This document shows positions 27,450 through 37,600 of a stretch of DNA of 64,000 bases, piece after piece. Position 1 is the first letter of the stretch. Every line of letters begins with the position of its first letter. The DNA comes from an uncultured Candidatus Saccharibacteria bacterium (lineage in GTDB: Bacteria > Patescibacteriota > Minisyncoccia > Phycocordibacterales > UBA918), in assembly GCA_964353135.1 (NCBI GenBank), contig CAYGTV010000001.1:309497-373496 (forward strand), in the 5' to 3' direction. The position numbers and the translations under genes are program-made. Below the pieces are notes generated by a model. It ran no database searches and had not been told where the DNA came from. It saw only the letters and a program-made list of their open reading frames with translations.

Positions 27450-28394
27450 TTACCCTAACCGCTTACGTCTCATAAAGAGGAAGTACAGCACAGCAATCAA
27501 CAATGCAAAGATCGGTAGAAGTAGCGAGACCTTGTGAGCTATAGACAACCCTGCAAAGCCAAATCCTGCAGCTTGGACGGTACCATATGGCTGCACACTA
27601 AGAGTAAGGTCGCCTTCTTGCTTTAAATCGTCACCGTTAAACACACGATAGCGTGCAATGTAGCTTCCAGCCGGCAGCCTAGTTGGCAGTTCAGCAGTTA
27701 CTGTATCTGTATCGTATGGTGAGACTTTTGCTATTTTACCTATGTTTTGCACTTCTTCGAGCAGAGCTTGGCCTGAGCGATCAAATATCCTAAATTCAAC
27801 TCGTGACGGAGAAATGTCAACGTTACCAGTATTTTCAATCAGCATATCAAACCGGATTTTACCTGGGAAAAACAACCAACCAAATTTAGTTCCTTCATTG
27901 AGTTCAGCAACCGAGATTTTTCTAACCCTGAAGTCTTCTATCTGCCTATCAATAACAGTCAAGGCAATGTCTACACGAGCACCAAGCGAGATGTTAACTG
28001 AACCACGAGCGATGTCTTCATTCGCTGGCAGAGTTCTAATACGGATCGAACCAGTATATTCTTTGAATTCAGCGTCAGCTGGTACAAGCACACGTACGGT
28101 CATAGGAACTTTCTGTAGTCCTGAGGGTAGCTGTATCGGTGTTCCTTCAACAATCTCAAGCCATCCAGCTAGCTCCGGAGCGTCGATGACTATCTCCGCT
28201 TGCTGAGGAGCGGTTGGATCGCTACGAACCAAAAGAATCTGTTGTTCGTAGATTGAATTTCGTGTAAGGCTAGTATTCTTTACGTAGGGCGGTGTAATAC
28301 CAAATCCGGCGTGCACCTTAGCTACCCCCAGGCTCGCAAAGAGAACAGGTACAAGACAAAAAAGCACTAGGAACGTACGGAGTAACCCATTCAT
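27450..28394 (-). CDS. DUF916/DUF3324-like surface protein paralog: signal peptide, beta-rich ectodomain, C-terminal TM + RRKR tail.
   Basis: MNGLLRTFLVLFCLVPVLFASLGVAKVHA. ...FDMLIENTGNVDISPSRVEFRIFDRSG...GSYIARYRVFNGD...VSLLLPIFALLIAVLYFLFMRRKRLG. Its stop lies 3 nt before the next gene's start. Confidence 0.7.
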   Translation of the reverse strand: MNGLLRTFLVLFCLVPVLFASLGVAKVHAGFGITPPYVKNTSLTRNSIYEQQILLVRSDPTAPQQAEIVIDAPELAGWLEIVEGTPIQLPSGLQKVPMTVRVLVPADAEFKEYTGSIRIRTLPANEDIARGSVNISLGARVDIALTVIDRQIEDFRVRKISVAELNEGTKFGWLFFPGKIRFDMLIENTGNVDISPSRVEFRIFDRSGQALLEEVQNIGKIAKVSPYDTDTVTAELPTRLPAGSYIARYRVFNGDDLKQEGDLTLSVQPYGTVQAAGFGFAGLSIAHKVSLLLPIFALLIAVLYFLFMRRKRLG

Positions 28395-28432
28395 ATCAGT
28401 CCTACCATTATCCGCAAAAAAACCTTAAATAG

Positions 28433-28481
28433 CAACAACCTCCGTTGGGATAACGGAGGTTGTTTTTCTGCTTTTTTGTTG
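28433..28481. terminator. Strong 13-bp hairpin between two minus-strand genes. The T-tract is on the plus-strand side, so it could be an antisense-blocking terminator or a leaky attenuator.
   Basis: caacaacctccgtt-gggat-aacggaggttgtt (28433-28464) followed on the plus strand by tttctgcttttttgttgc. On the minus transcript the hairpin is preceded by an A-tract and followed after 11 nt by GGUUUUUUUGCGG. Confidence 0.4.
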
Positions 28482-28485
28482 CTTA

Positions 28486-30420
28486 TTATTGCCAGTCGAC
28501 TGCTTCAGCTGTCACACCAAAGAATGTGTTGAGTCCTGTATAGGCCCCGGCCACATTAATCGCACTCGGTACCGCGATACCCCAGAATGTTTCATCTGTC
28601 TCTGGTGTTGTCGTACTAGTAGACTTGATTACGTTAAGTTCTAGCTCGGCTGGTAGAGCAACCGTTGTGGTTGGTAGGGTTTGAGCAAACGGACTGATGT
28701 AGGATACGGCTGTTGTGGCAAATTTTTGGTTTGAAGTAAAGATAGTCGACGTACCATTCAAAGAACAGTCAGACGATGAGGATACAAAACCTGGACACAT
28801 CGCTGAACCATCCAACAATTGGTCAATCCCGGTGTTACCAATGTTGATGATTGTTGTAGAGGTACTTAATGTTCCTGTGTTATCACCTGGAGCTAGTGCT
28901 CCATATGGGATAACCGCTGTTAGCAAATCAATATACGGTGCACTAGTTAAATCTACCGGGAAATCAGTAGCCACTTGAGAACTTGTTGCAAAGTTATCAT
29001 CTGCGCCTGCAACAGCTGCGATCCATGCGTCTCCAGCAAACGAAGCGGGGGTATTTGGCCCAGCGTCTGTTGGATCAGCCAAGAACCAAAGTGGGAACGT
29101 ACAGTTAAATACTTGGGTCTCATCTGTTGGACCGGTACAACTTGTGCTAGATGCTGTACACGATAGCTGCCAGACATCAAACGGTACTCCGTTAGTGTAA
29201 CAACCGTTTGGGTTGTAATCAGCATTTTGCGGATTACAGTTAGTTGATGTTGAGTAAGCACCAGATGGACCAGAGCGTAATACAGATACCTCAAACCCTA
29301 CAATTTCATCACCCGCAGAGGCATTTTCACAACTGTTCGCGTCTGAGACTGTAAAGTCTAATCTAAAGCCAGTCGTTGTACCTCCTGGTGACGTTAATGT
29401 TAGATCACCAACTCCATCAGTGTCTGCAAGGAAGATGTCACTACCCTGGAGCGTCGGTGCGACGTTTGCTACTTCAAAGTTGGCTTGAATTGGGTTTGCT
29501 GCAGCTTCATGTCCATGCTCATCAAGTAGGAATACAAATGCGTCATACACACGGTCACGAACTGGAATTGCTATGGTTGTTGTAGCGGTAACGTTAGGGT
29601 TTGCTGGTACAGAAGTTGAGGCAATAAAGTTAGCATCACAGTCGTTTGTCACAGGATTATAGTCGATAGCGGCACCACAAACTACGATTGTCATAGTGTC
29701 TGTTCCACCAACAGTGTCAGGATCCGATGAGGTTGAGAGGAATGTTAGAAGTGCACCAGGATCTACTGGTCCATCGTTGTACGCGTTAGTTAGTACCGGA
29801 CGGCTGTTTACGTTAAATGGTGAAGAACTTGATGCTCCAGGTCCAAATAGCCCTTGTGATGGCGTTGGGTTACATTCAGCTTGTACCGGATCGTCATCAC
29901 ATACCCACGCGTACCATTCGTTACTTTCAGCAAACAGTGACGCTGTGGCAGCATCAACTGTAGTTGTTGCAGCAAAGGCAGCTTGCAGGTTAGTGGTTGA
30001 GGCAGATACGGCCCATTGAATTGCTCCTACCCCACATTCAGGAGGTGCAGTTCCAAGAGAGCTTGGGTTAGCAGCTTCATTTGCAGTAGGTGTCGCGTTT
30101 GTACTACACACCAAGAGGAAGTATGGTGCGCCGTTACTGTCGTTGCCTACTGCTGTCCACTGAATCACATCACCAGAGTTAGTTGGACTTGTCGTCGAAG
30201 AAGGTATTACCTCTGTTGGAAGAGTATCAAACGTTGGAGGTGTGTTTAGCACAGTCAAACTGGTGGTTGCAGTCTGTGCGGATACTCGTTGGAATTCTTG
30301 TTGACCAACATCCACCATAAAGGCAAATAGAAAGACAGCTAGACCAGCGACGGCTGCTAGGACTGATATTTTACCGGCTGTTTTCATATAATGTGGGAAG
30401 GCTTCTTTGTTGTACGACAT
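28486..30420 (-). CDS. 644-aa Cys-containing surface protein with an N-terminal signal anchor. Its C-terminal ~250 aa are homologous to the C-terminus of the 8058-aa giant (ends ...TFWGIAVPSAINVAGAYTGLNTFFGVTAEAVDWQ).
   Basis: TM: ISVLAAVAGLAVFLFAFMV. Shared blocks with the giant's C-terminus: ADPTD.., LD(V/L)..AI.YG.., (Y/F)WGI(E/A)VP...TG.N.FF. Possible alternative start at the internal Met (30387). Confidence 0.75.
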   Translation of the reverse strand: MSYNKEAFPHYMKTAGKISVLAAVAGLAVFLFAFMVDVGQQEFQRVSAQTATTSLTVLNTPPTFDTLPTEVIPSSTTSPTNSGDVIQWTAVGNDSNGAPYFLLVCSTNATPTANEAANPSSLGTAPPECGVGAIQWAVSASTTNLQAAFAATTTVDAATASLFAESNEWYAWVCDDDPVQAECNPTPSQGLFGPGASSSSPFNVNSRPVLTNAYNDGPVDPGALLTFLSTSSDPDTVGGTDTMTIVVCGAAIDYNPVTNDCDANFIASTSVPANPNVTATTTIAIPVRDRVYDAFVFLLDEHGHEAAANPIQANFEVANVAPTLQGSDIFLADTDGVGDLTLTSPGGTTTGFRLDFTVSDANSCENASAGDEIVGFEVSVLRSGPSGAYSTSTNCNPQNADYNPNGCYTNGVPFDVWQLSCTASSTSCTGPTDETQVFNCTFPLWFLADPTDAGPNTPASFAGDAWIAAVAGADDNFATSSQVATDFPVDLTSAPYIDLLTAVIPYGALAPGDNTGTLSTSTTIINIGNTGIDQLLDGSAMCPGFVSSSSDCSLNGTSTIFTSNQKFATTAVSYISPFAQTLPTTTVALPAELELNVIKSTSTTTPETDETFWGIAVPSAINVAGAYTGLNTFFGVTAEAVDWQ

Positions 30421-30513
30421 ATAATAAATATTACTAATTTCCTACTAATTGTACCGTTACTTTTGTGTACTGCTAGTGGTTATACACACGTTGTACACAG
30501 TACATAACAGCGA

Positions 30514-31728
30514 TTACTCATACCGGATTGCGTCGAGCGGGTTGAGAGTGGAAGCTCGCCTAGCGGGGAAAATTCCGGTTAAATACCCAACCCCGGCCGA
30601 GAAAATAGCAATAAATGCTAGGAAGTCTAGTGGAAATGAGAATAAACTCACGGCCTGACCCCCAAATTGACTTGCGACAATATTAAGGAATATATTTATA
30701 GCTAATCCGAACCCAACCCCCATGAGTATCCCTGTCACGCCCCCTAAGAACCCCACCACAACTGATTCAGACACAAACAGGTATTTAACATCATTTGGTG
30801 ATGCACCAATTGTCCTCATGATTCCGATCTCTTTGGTTCGCTCAAGCAACGTCACCGTCATGGTGTTAAACATTCCAATAGCAGACACAACTAAAGCAAT
30901 ACCTCCGAACGTGGCCAGAACTGCCTGCACCCCCTGAAAGATTTTTGAGGCTTGTTCAACAGTTTTAGAAAGTGCCGTAACGCGGAACCCTTGCTCTACC
31001 AATGCAGCTTCAACTAAGGGAAGACTCTCATTGTCTATGACATTAACCTGGACTCGTTCATATTCATCGATACCAACGTAGTTACGCAGTTCTGGAAGCA
31101 TCATCATAGCGTTAAGTGTTCCAGCTTCTTTGGTAATACCACGTACGATATATTCTTTCTCAAGGATAATCTCATTCACATCGTCACTACCATCATCAGC
31201 TGGTACCAACAATCTGAACGCTACCCGCTCTCCGATAAATGCCTCTGCGTCCTCGTCGGCAATCCCAAACAATTTGAGTGTAGCCGGAGAGAGCATCACT
31301 GAGGTGGTATCCTCAATATCCTCTTCTTCAAACACCTCACCATAACTTGCAGTAATACCGGCATACCTCAGGTACGGTGGCTCTACTCCCTGAATAAACA
31401 CATTACCAGTTAAGCCTTTGTAGGTTACTAGGGCTGGGAAACGTGCCAACGGTGCGGCGTCAACCACAGCCTCATTGTCTTCAAATCGACGCACCACGTC
31501 TGGTGTCAACGCTAAACCTTGAGCACCGGTTGCTGATACACCTAAAGACAACAATGAATCTCCAAACACGATCTGCTCTAGAATAATCTGCTGCAAACCA
31601 AAGCCAAGTCCTACTAAAATTACTACCGCAGCAGTTCCCACCCCCATACCTAAAATCGTTAACCACGTACGAAGTGGGTTAGTTTTAAACATTCGGGTAG
31701 ACAATTGTGCTAAATCTTGAACTCTCAT
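30514..31728 (-). CDS. ABC transporter permease, MacB/FtsX-like (N-terminal TM, large extracytoplasmic domain, three C-terminal TMs).
   Basis: LRTWLTILGMGVGTAAVVILVGLGFG ... C-terminal FtsX region: ALSKTVEQASKIFQGVQAVLATFGGIALVVSAIGMFNTMTVTLLERTKEIGIMRTIGASPNDV...YLTGIFPARRASTLNPLDAIRYE. Confidence 0.85.
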   Translation of the reverse strand: MRVQDLAQLSTRMFKTNPLRTWLTILGMGVGTAAVVILVGLGFGLQQIILEQIVFGDSLLSLGVSATGAQGLALTPDVVRRFEDNEAVVDAAPLARFPALVTYKGLTGNVFIQGVEPPYLRYAGITASYGEVFEEEDIEDTTSVMLSPATLKLFGIADEDAEAFIGERVAFRLLVPADDGSDDVNEIILEKEYIVRGITKEAGTLNAMMMLPELRNYVGIDEYERVQVNVIDNESLPLVEAALVEQGFRVTALSKTVEQASKIFQGVQAVLATFGGIALVVSAIGMFNTMTVTLLERTKEIGIMRTIGASPNDVKYLFVSESVVVGFLGGVTGILMGVGFGLAINIFLNIVASQFGGQAVSLFSFPLDFLAFIAIFSAGVGYLTGIFPARRASTLNPLDAIRYE

Positions 31729-31729
31729 A

Positions 31730-33052
31730 TTATCCTTTGTAACTTACGTCTACTCCCTGGGCAATAATTTTTTCAAAGTAACGAGTCATATCGTCTGCTT
31801 CGGACTCACTGAGGCCTAAACCTTTTGACCTAACCCCTTTCATCAACCTCTCGTTTAATTCAGATTCATCAGCCACACCAGTCACGCGGTCAGCGATTAG
31901 TTCGGTCATATTGTCTTGTTGCTGCTTACTCATCTTGATTCGATGTTCCTGAGCCAAATGTTCTTGCATTCGTTCGGCTAGTTTATCCTGGGTAAAGAAT
32001 ACTGCGTCGTTATCTTTTTTAGCCCGGAATCGGCGGATATCATCAGCAGTATGAATCACTTTCTCTACCACGCCGGCCATGTGTCGCGCCTCTTTTTCAG
32101 ACACCTCTACCCCGCCACGCTCCATTGGTAGGATGAGGCTCTTGATGAAGTGTTCGCGATCAATTCGACCCTGCAAAAAGAGATCAACTGCGTGTTCAAG
32201 TCGACCAATTTGGTCAAAACTATAGTCCTGAGTCAAGAAATTGACCATACTTTTCACCCGCCAGGTTTCTACCGAGTCATACGGATATAACCGTGCAAGT
32301 TGTTCTAGTTCAGTGACAATCGTTTCGCCTTCGCGGACTGGTTTAATTTGCTTTCGCTGCGGGTTCACCACCTCGCGCAAAATTCGGCCGTCTTTTAGGT
32401 AGTACACCCGGTGAGCGTAACTGAGGTGAGCAGCGTTGTGAGACACCATAATAATCGTTCGCTTATCAAACGTATTAATCTCGTCAATCTTGTCCATCAC
32501 CTGCTGAGTAGATACTGAGTCAAGGTTACCGGTAGGTTCGTCTGCTAAGAGAATTTTAGGGTCATTAACCATTGACCTGGCTACCGATACACGCTGTTGC
32601 TGCCCCCCTGACAGCATCGCTGGGATCTTGTGGGAGACGTGCCCTACACCAAAGCGGTCGAGTAGTGATTGAGCTCGACGCTCTCGTGTCGCTCGGTCGG
32701 CATTACAAAAAATCATCGGCAGCGCTACGTTGTCGAGCACTGACAAAGACATAATCAGGTTGAAAGACTGGAAAATAATACCCATCACGTGACGCTGGAA
32801 ATATACCCGCTCTGAAGGTGGATAAGAATACACGTCATCTCCTTTCACGAGCAGAGTCCCCTCACCTGGCGGCAATGATCCCTGGATCGAATACATGAGT
32901 GTGGATTTACCACAACCAGACGGCCCAAACAAAATAATGTACTCACCCTCAAAAATATCAGTGTTAACCCCAGTAAGAGCCTTGAATTCATTGGACTTTC
33001 CTTGGTTATAAATGATCGAAAGATCACGTGCTACGATGAAAGGTTTTGCCAT
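31730..33052 (-). CDS. ABC transporter ATP-binding protein (MacB-type partner) with an unusual ~210-aa C-terminal helical extension.
   Basis: Walker A: [14 protein letters not shown]. Signature: [14 protein letters not shown]. Walker B: [13 protein letters not shown]-loop: [10 protein letters not shown] verified at 33052..33050 ([15 protein letters not shown]), 1 nt after the upstream stop. The extension from ~aa 245 to the end has no recognisable motif. Confidence 0.85.
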   Translation of the reverse strand: MAKPFIVARDLSIIYNQGKSNEFKALTGVNTDIFEGEYIILFGPSGCGKSTLMYSIQGSLPPGEGTLLVKGDDVYSYPPSERVYFQRHVMGIIFQSFNLIMSLSVLDNVALPMIFCNADRATRERRAQSLLDRFGVGHVSHKIPAMLSGGQQQRVSVARSMVNDPKILLADEPTGNLDSVSTQQVMDKIDEINTFDKRTIIMVSHNAAHLSYAHRVYYLKDGRILREVVNPQRKQIKPVREGETIVTELEQLARLYPYDSVETWRVKSMVNFLTQDYSFDQIGRLEHAVDLFLQGRIDREHFIKSLILPMERGGVEVSEKEARHMAGVVEKVIHTADDIRRFRAKKDNDAVFFTQDKLAERMQEHLAQEHRIKMSKQQQDNMTELIADRVTGVADESELNERLMKGVRSKGLGLSESEADDMTRYFEKIIAQGVDVSYKG

Positions 33053-33053
33053 A

Positions 33054-34652
33054 CTACGCGCCGATGTTTTGAACCCATCCGAAGGTCGCTTCGAAGTTTT
33101 CAAGGATTAAGTCAATAATGTTTTTTTCCTGTATTGGTGTAAACAACACAAAGTTCTCAGACTGAATACTATTGCCAGCCTCATCGCTACATGTGATGTA
33201 GAACTGGTATACAGTGGCCGGTCCAAAATCAACTACTACTTCCACGTGTGACGTACTGTATTGAATCAATTCCTTCTCAACCGTAAACGGTTCGGTACCG
33301 CCAGCTACACCCTCCTGGTATGTCAGCAGACAGGACGATGGTTCATCGGTATCCCACTCTATAATGGTCTGAATGCGAGACTCACTACCAGGAAATAGAG
33401 TCGATTCGTTAGTCACATTAGTAATAATAGGCGCCGCAATGTCACGCACTGTAATAAACTGAATTGGCTGACTTTTTACTCGGTCACCACCTGAGTTTTC
33501 AGACGTAACAAATGCTACGTACCGCGTTCCCAGAGTCAGGTCAGCCAGCCGCATTTGGTGAGTCGTAGCGAGCGTTGGGCGACCAACCGAGTTCTGAGCA
33601 CCAGTGGTTAAATCCTGGAATTCCACGAGTGCCTTGGCTGGTACAGTGGTTTCCCACGCTAGGGTGGCAGCGTCTTCTTCAACTTTGACTACTCGTAGGT
33701 TTCGAATATCAGGAGCGGTGGCTTTGGTTTGAAAGGTAAAGTTTCGACTTTCCCCGGTTATGCCCACTTCGTCAGTAGAAATGACCTTGAAGCTGTAGTC
33801 AGTAAAGGGATCTAGTCCAATGAGGCGAATTTCGTGCTCAGTTGTATTCCCGCCGGTAGATGACTGAGAAAATTCATAATTTACACCATCAAACCCATTG
33901 GAGGCTGAAAAGCGCACTTCTGAGCTGGCTGCGCGGTCAGTCGTCCATTTGACTAGCGCCGAAGTAGTTTCAGGAATAACAGTTGGTGGACCGACGATCG
34001 TCAGGTCTTCGGTAATTCCTTGGATGGCTTTGACTGTTTCATTTATAATTTCTTGTAACTTTTGTGGGTCTGTAATTTGGTTAATTTGTTCGATAATCCG
34101 TAGTGTTGCCAAAGAGTCATTATTGAGCTCTTCGGTAGTAATTTGTGACTCTGGATCAGGTCGATTACCATCACCCTGCCCAGTACCATCATTTGGACCA
34201 TTTCCATTATTTTCTCCGGTTCCAGCTTGTGGTGGACCACTGGTTTCAATTCTGTAGTCAGCTGAGATTCCTTGGTTTCCGTTTTCGTCTGCCGAGACAA
34301 CCCGAAAATAGTAGGTTCGACCAGCCTCTAGTCCGTCGAGAGTGACTGAGTGTTCTGTTCGGTCAGTTTCGGGAATACGGACAATACCGTAGTTTGGCTG
34401 CAAGCCATAGTTAACAGCTGAGTCAGCCTCTTCATCAGTTTCCCAGGTAATAGTGACGCTCGTTTCGGTAACGTTTGTAATTTGCAGGTTGTCAATTTCA
34501 GGAGCTTCTCGATCGTTTGACTGAGCAATTACAAATTGCGGCATTAAACTCGCCATCAGCAATGTGACACAGAGAAGAGGTGTGATTAAAGATCGAGTTT
34601 GCATTACTGTAATCGTATCACGGACAGCTCGTTGTTTAGTTGAGTAATTCAT
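33054..34652 (-). CDS. Secreted protein with four fibronectin type III (FN3) domains and a Gly/Asn/Thr linker.
   Basis: Signal: MQTRSLITPLLCVTLLMASLMPQFVIAQS (alternative start at 34604). FN3 units: ITNVTETSVTITWETDEEADSAVNYGL...TYYFRVVSAD; ...ALVKWTTDRAASSEVRF...YSFKVISTD; ...ATLAWETTVPAKALVEF...RYVAFVTSE; ...IIEWDTDEPSSCLLTY...YQFYITCSD. Confidence 0.75.
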   Translation of the reverse strand: MNYSTKQRAVRDTITVMQTRSLITPLLCVTLLMASLMPQFVIAQSNDREAPEIDNLQITNVTETSVTITWETDEEADSAVNYGLQPNYGIVRIPETDRTEHSVTLDGLEAGRTYYFRVVSADENGNQGISADYRIETSGPPQAGTGENNGNGPNDGTGQGDGNRPDPESQITTEELNNDSLATLRIIEQINQITDPQKLQEIINETVKAIQGITEDLTIVGPPTVIPETTSALVKWTTDRAASSEVRFSASNGFDGVNYEFSQSSTGGNTTEHEIRLIGLDPFTDYSFKVISTDEVGITGESRNFTFQTKATAPDIRNLRVVKVEEDAATLAWETTVPAKALVEFQDLTTGAQNSVGRPTLATTHQMRLADLTLGTRYVAFVTSENSGGDRVKSQPIQFITVRDIAAPIITNVTNESTLFPGSESRIQTIIEWDTDEPSSCLLTYQEGVAGGTEPFTVEKELIQYSTSHVEVVVDFGPATVYQFYITCSDEAGNSIQSENFVLFTPIQEKNIIDLILENFEATFGWVQNIGA

Positions 34653-34655
34653 AGG

Positions 34656-37600
34656 TTAATCAGTGATAGCCATAAAGAAGTTGGTTCCTGTATGTGGTGA
34701 ACTTGCTGTACCAAACGGAACCTCAATCCCCCAGTAAATTTGATCACTAACAACCGGAGTGCTGGCTACAGGTTTTTGTAGGTCAACTTCTAAATCAGCC
34801 CCTGTCACAGCTAGTGTTGAGCATCCGATACACGCAGCATAGTCAAACGTTGAGGTTGAGTAGCGCTGTTGAGCTGCTGGGATAACCGAGGTAATACCAT
34901 CAGTCATGTCGGTTCCAGCAACCTGTACGTCAAGTGATTCGTTACCCAGGTTGACTAGCGTCACAAATGGATTGAACGCTCCCGTGTTCTGGTTGATGTC
35001 TACAGTCCCATAAGCAATGGCATTTTGAACATCGAGAGCTCGAAGTGTTAGGACATCAACCCCAACTGAACTACCAAAGGTATTTGCTCCAGAAAGATCT
35101 TCAACCTCCATAAATGCAAACCACTCTTGAGCACCATCCTCATCTGTAGGGTCTGCGTGGTAAGCAAACGGCGCTTCACAGATCAGTGAACATGAGTTGC
35201 CAGAACAATTAACGTAGCTACATGAGCTGGTGGCGATATAACAGTTGTTGTCATCGGGTGTACAGGCTGCCCCAACAGATGTCTTGTAGAAGGTAGTGGT
35301 GGCTGAACCAAGATCGGCAAATCCGTTAAAGTCAGTCACTGTACTTGAAGCTATAATCGTGGTTGTGGCACCTGGAGTCAGACTGATGTCAAATCCATCA
35401 TTGAGTGTTACGGCTGAAATAATTGGATCAAATGCCAGCGTTAACTCTGGGAGATTGCTGTATGAATCCAGGGTAGAGCCATCATCAGTCACCCGGAAGC
35501 AGTATGCGTCATTGCTGGCATTAGCAGTCAGTTGCAAGGCGTATTCTAGCTCTGTGTATCGGTTTTGATCGAGGTCATAGAGAGATGTTTGGTTACTTGG
35601 ACTAGTTACAATTTCTCCAGCTGCAAAATCACCAGCATCAGTGACTAGGTGGTCTGTGGTCGGGTCACCGTTGGTGACGTTTGGCGAAGTAGCCATACAA
35701 ATTGCGCTACTTCCACAGCTTGCAATGTTAGGAACTTCTATGTAATTAGCCGGATTAACTGCTTCACAGGTTGGAGCGGTCAGCTTAGGAGCGAATTCTA
35801 GCTGGAACCGTTGGTTTTCAATCGGCAGTCCTGAGTTTTCAATCGCAAGTCGCAAACGGGCAGTCTCTCCAATCAAGTACCCCCCAGTTGGAGTGTTTTG
35901 AGGATTTGCCCATGTAGCACCTCCATCAACTTGTTTATCTCCCACATATACCCGCGGCCTGGTTTCGGTACGAGGATACGCTACATAGCTATCCCAACCA
36001 CCATTTTGGAACCAGTATGCAAATCCGATGCCACCAGATGTATATGTACTGTCAGTTGCAGTTGTGGTTGCAACCAATTGCCCGGTTGATTCAAAGTACA
36101 CTGCGACGTCGATTGTGTCGTCAGTTTCCCAATCAACGTAGAACTCATACCAACCAGATCCAAACGATCCACTGGTAAAGTTTGCTGGTGATGTGCCTAG
36201 AATTGTTCCAGAGAACTCTGTATTGGCTACGTTACGTACTATAGAGATTCGGTCAGTTCCGATCTGATCAGTACAAATTGCATAGTTTTGATTACTTGCA
36301 ACGGATCCATTTGATGCAAAGATAGTACAAACTTCATCTCCGGTTCCAGAAACAGTATCGATATACTGCATAAATCTAATCGTTTGACCTTGTGAGACAG
36401 TTACATCACTTCGTGCGATTCCGTCAGTTGTTCGATCACCAGTGTTCACAGCTCGCAATGCAAACCCTCCACCATAGGCAGGAGCACCGTTATCAAGCGC
36501 ACTTTCAGTCTCAAAACGAGCAATGTCTCCAGTACCACCGGTGTATTCAGCAATATCATTGTCTTCAAAATCTTCTATCACATCAAAGACGTTTGCACCA
36601 TTACTAGTTGAGGTTGCAGAAACATTTCCGAAATACATGTAGAACTCTGACACACTGTCAGCAGGAAGAGTTGGAGCTTTGATCCAAACAACTGCGTCAG
36701 TGCCGCTGTTGAATGCTTCAATCCAATGGTCAACCAAGGTTACTCCATCCGCAGCTGTAAACCGCAGATCTTCAAAGTCTGACTGCATATCTGCATCATA
36801 TGCTACCGGAATTTTTACAGCGGTGTTTGTGTAAGTCGCAGGATCATCGTTTACGACTCGCACTCGTTGACGAGCTGACCAGTCAGTATCAAACCACTCA
36901 CTATCTAGAGCACCTTCACCTCCGTCATCGTTGCGCCAACGGTAGTTTGTTTGTTCAGTTAGTAGACATTCACTGTCGTCCCAACGGATTGAACTACAAT
37001 CATCCACCCCGTCAACATCAAACGCCTCACCCCAAAGGTTACCGAGCGAACCAGTAAAGCTCCAACTGTTAGTAGTAGTTGCATCAAGCGAAACGTTTAC
37101 TCCGCCAGTGAAGCCACCAGTAGCAAATCCGGTGTTGGCTACCACTACCGAAGCATTGTTATTGATAACACCTGAGACGAGTGTAATGAGGTTTGTGTTA
37201 TTAGCCGCCTGCGTAAAGTAGCCGTTACTGAGTGAAGTAACATTGGTCGTACCAGATATATCTAGTCCGTTTGCAGTTAAATCAGTGATGTTATAGAAGT
37301 TCGCGTTGAGTGTTCCGCTAGTAGCTATCAGATCATATGCGCCGACTCCCTGGTTTTGTACTGACGTGCTAGCCGTTAGAGTACCAACTATCTGCAGACT
37401 GCCACCAGCTAGAGTCACCGCTGAACTACTTGCAATGTACACATTGGCTTGTCGTGGTGACCCGATCACAGCACCGTCAAAGTCAGTAGCAGCGCTCCAG
37501 TATTCGGTTGTGGTTCCAATACGGTAATCGCCATAAATGTAGAGATCGCCATCAACCCCTGCATGATCCTGAGAGTAGAACGACGAAGTTACTGGCACAT

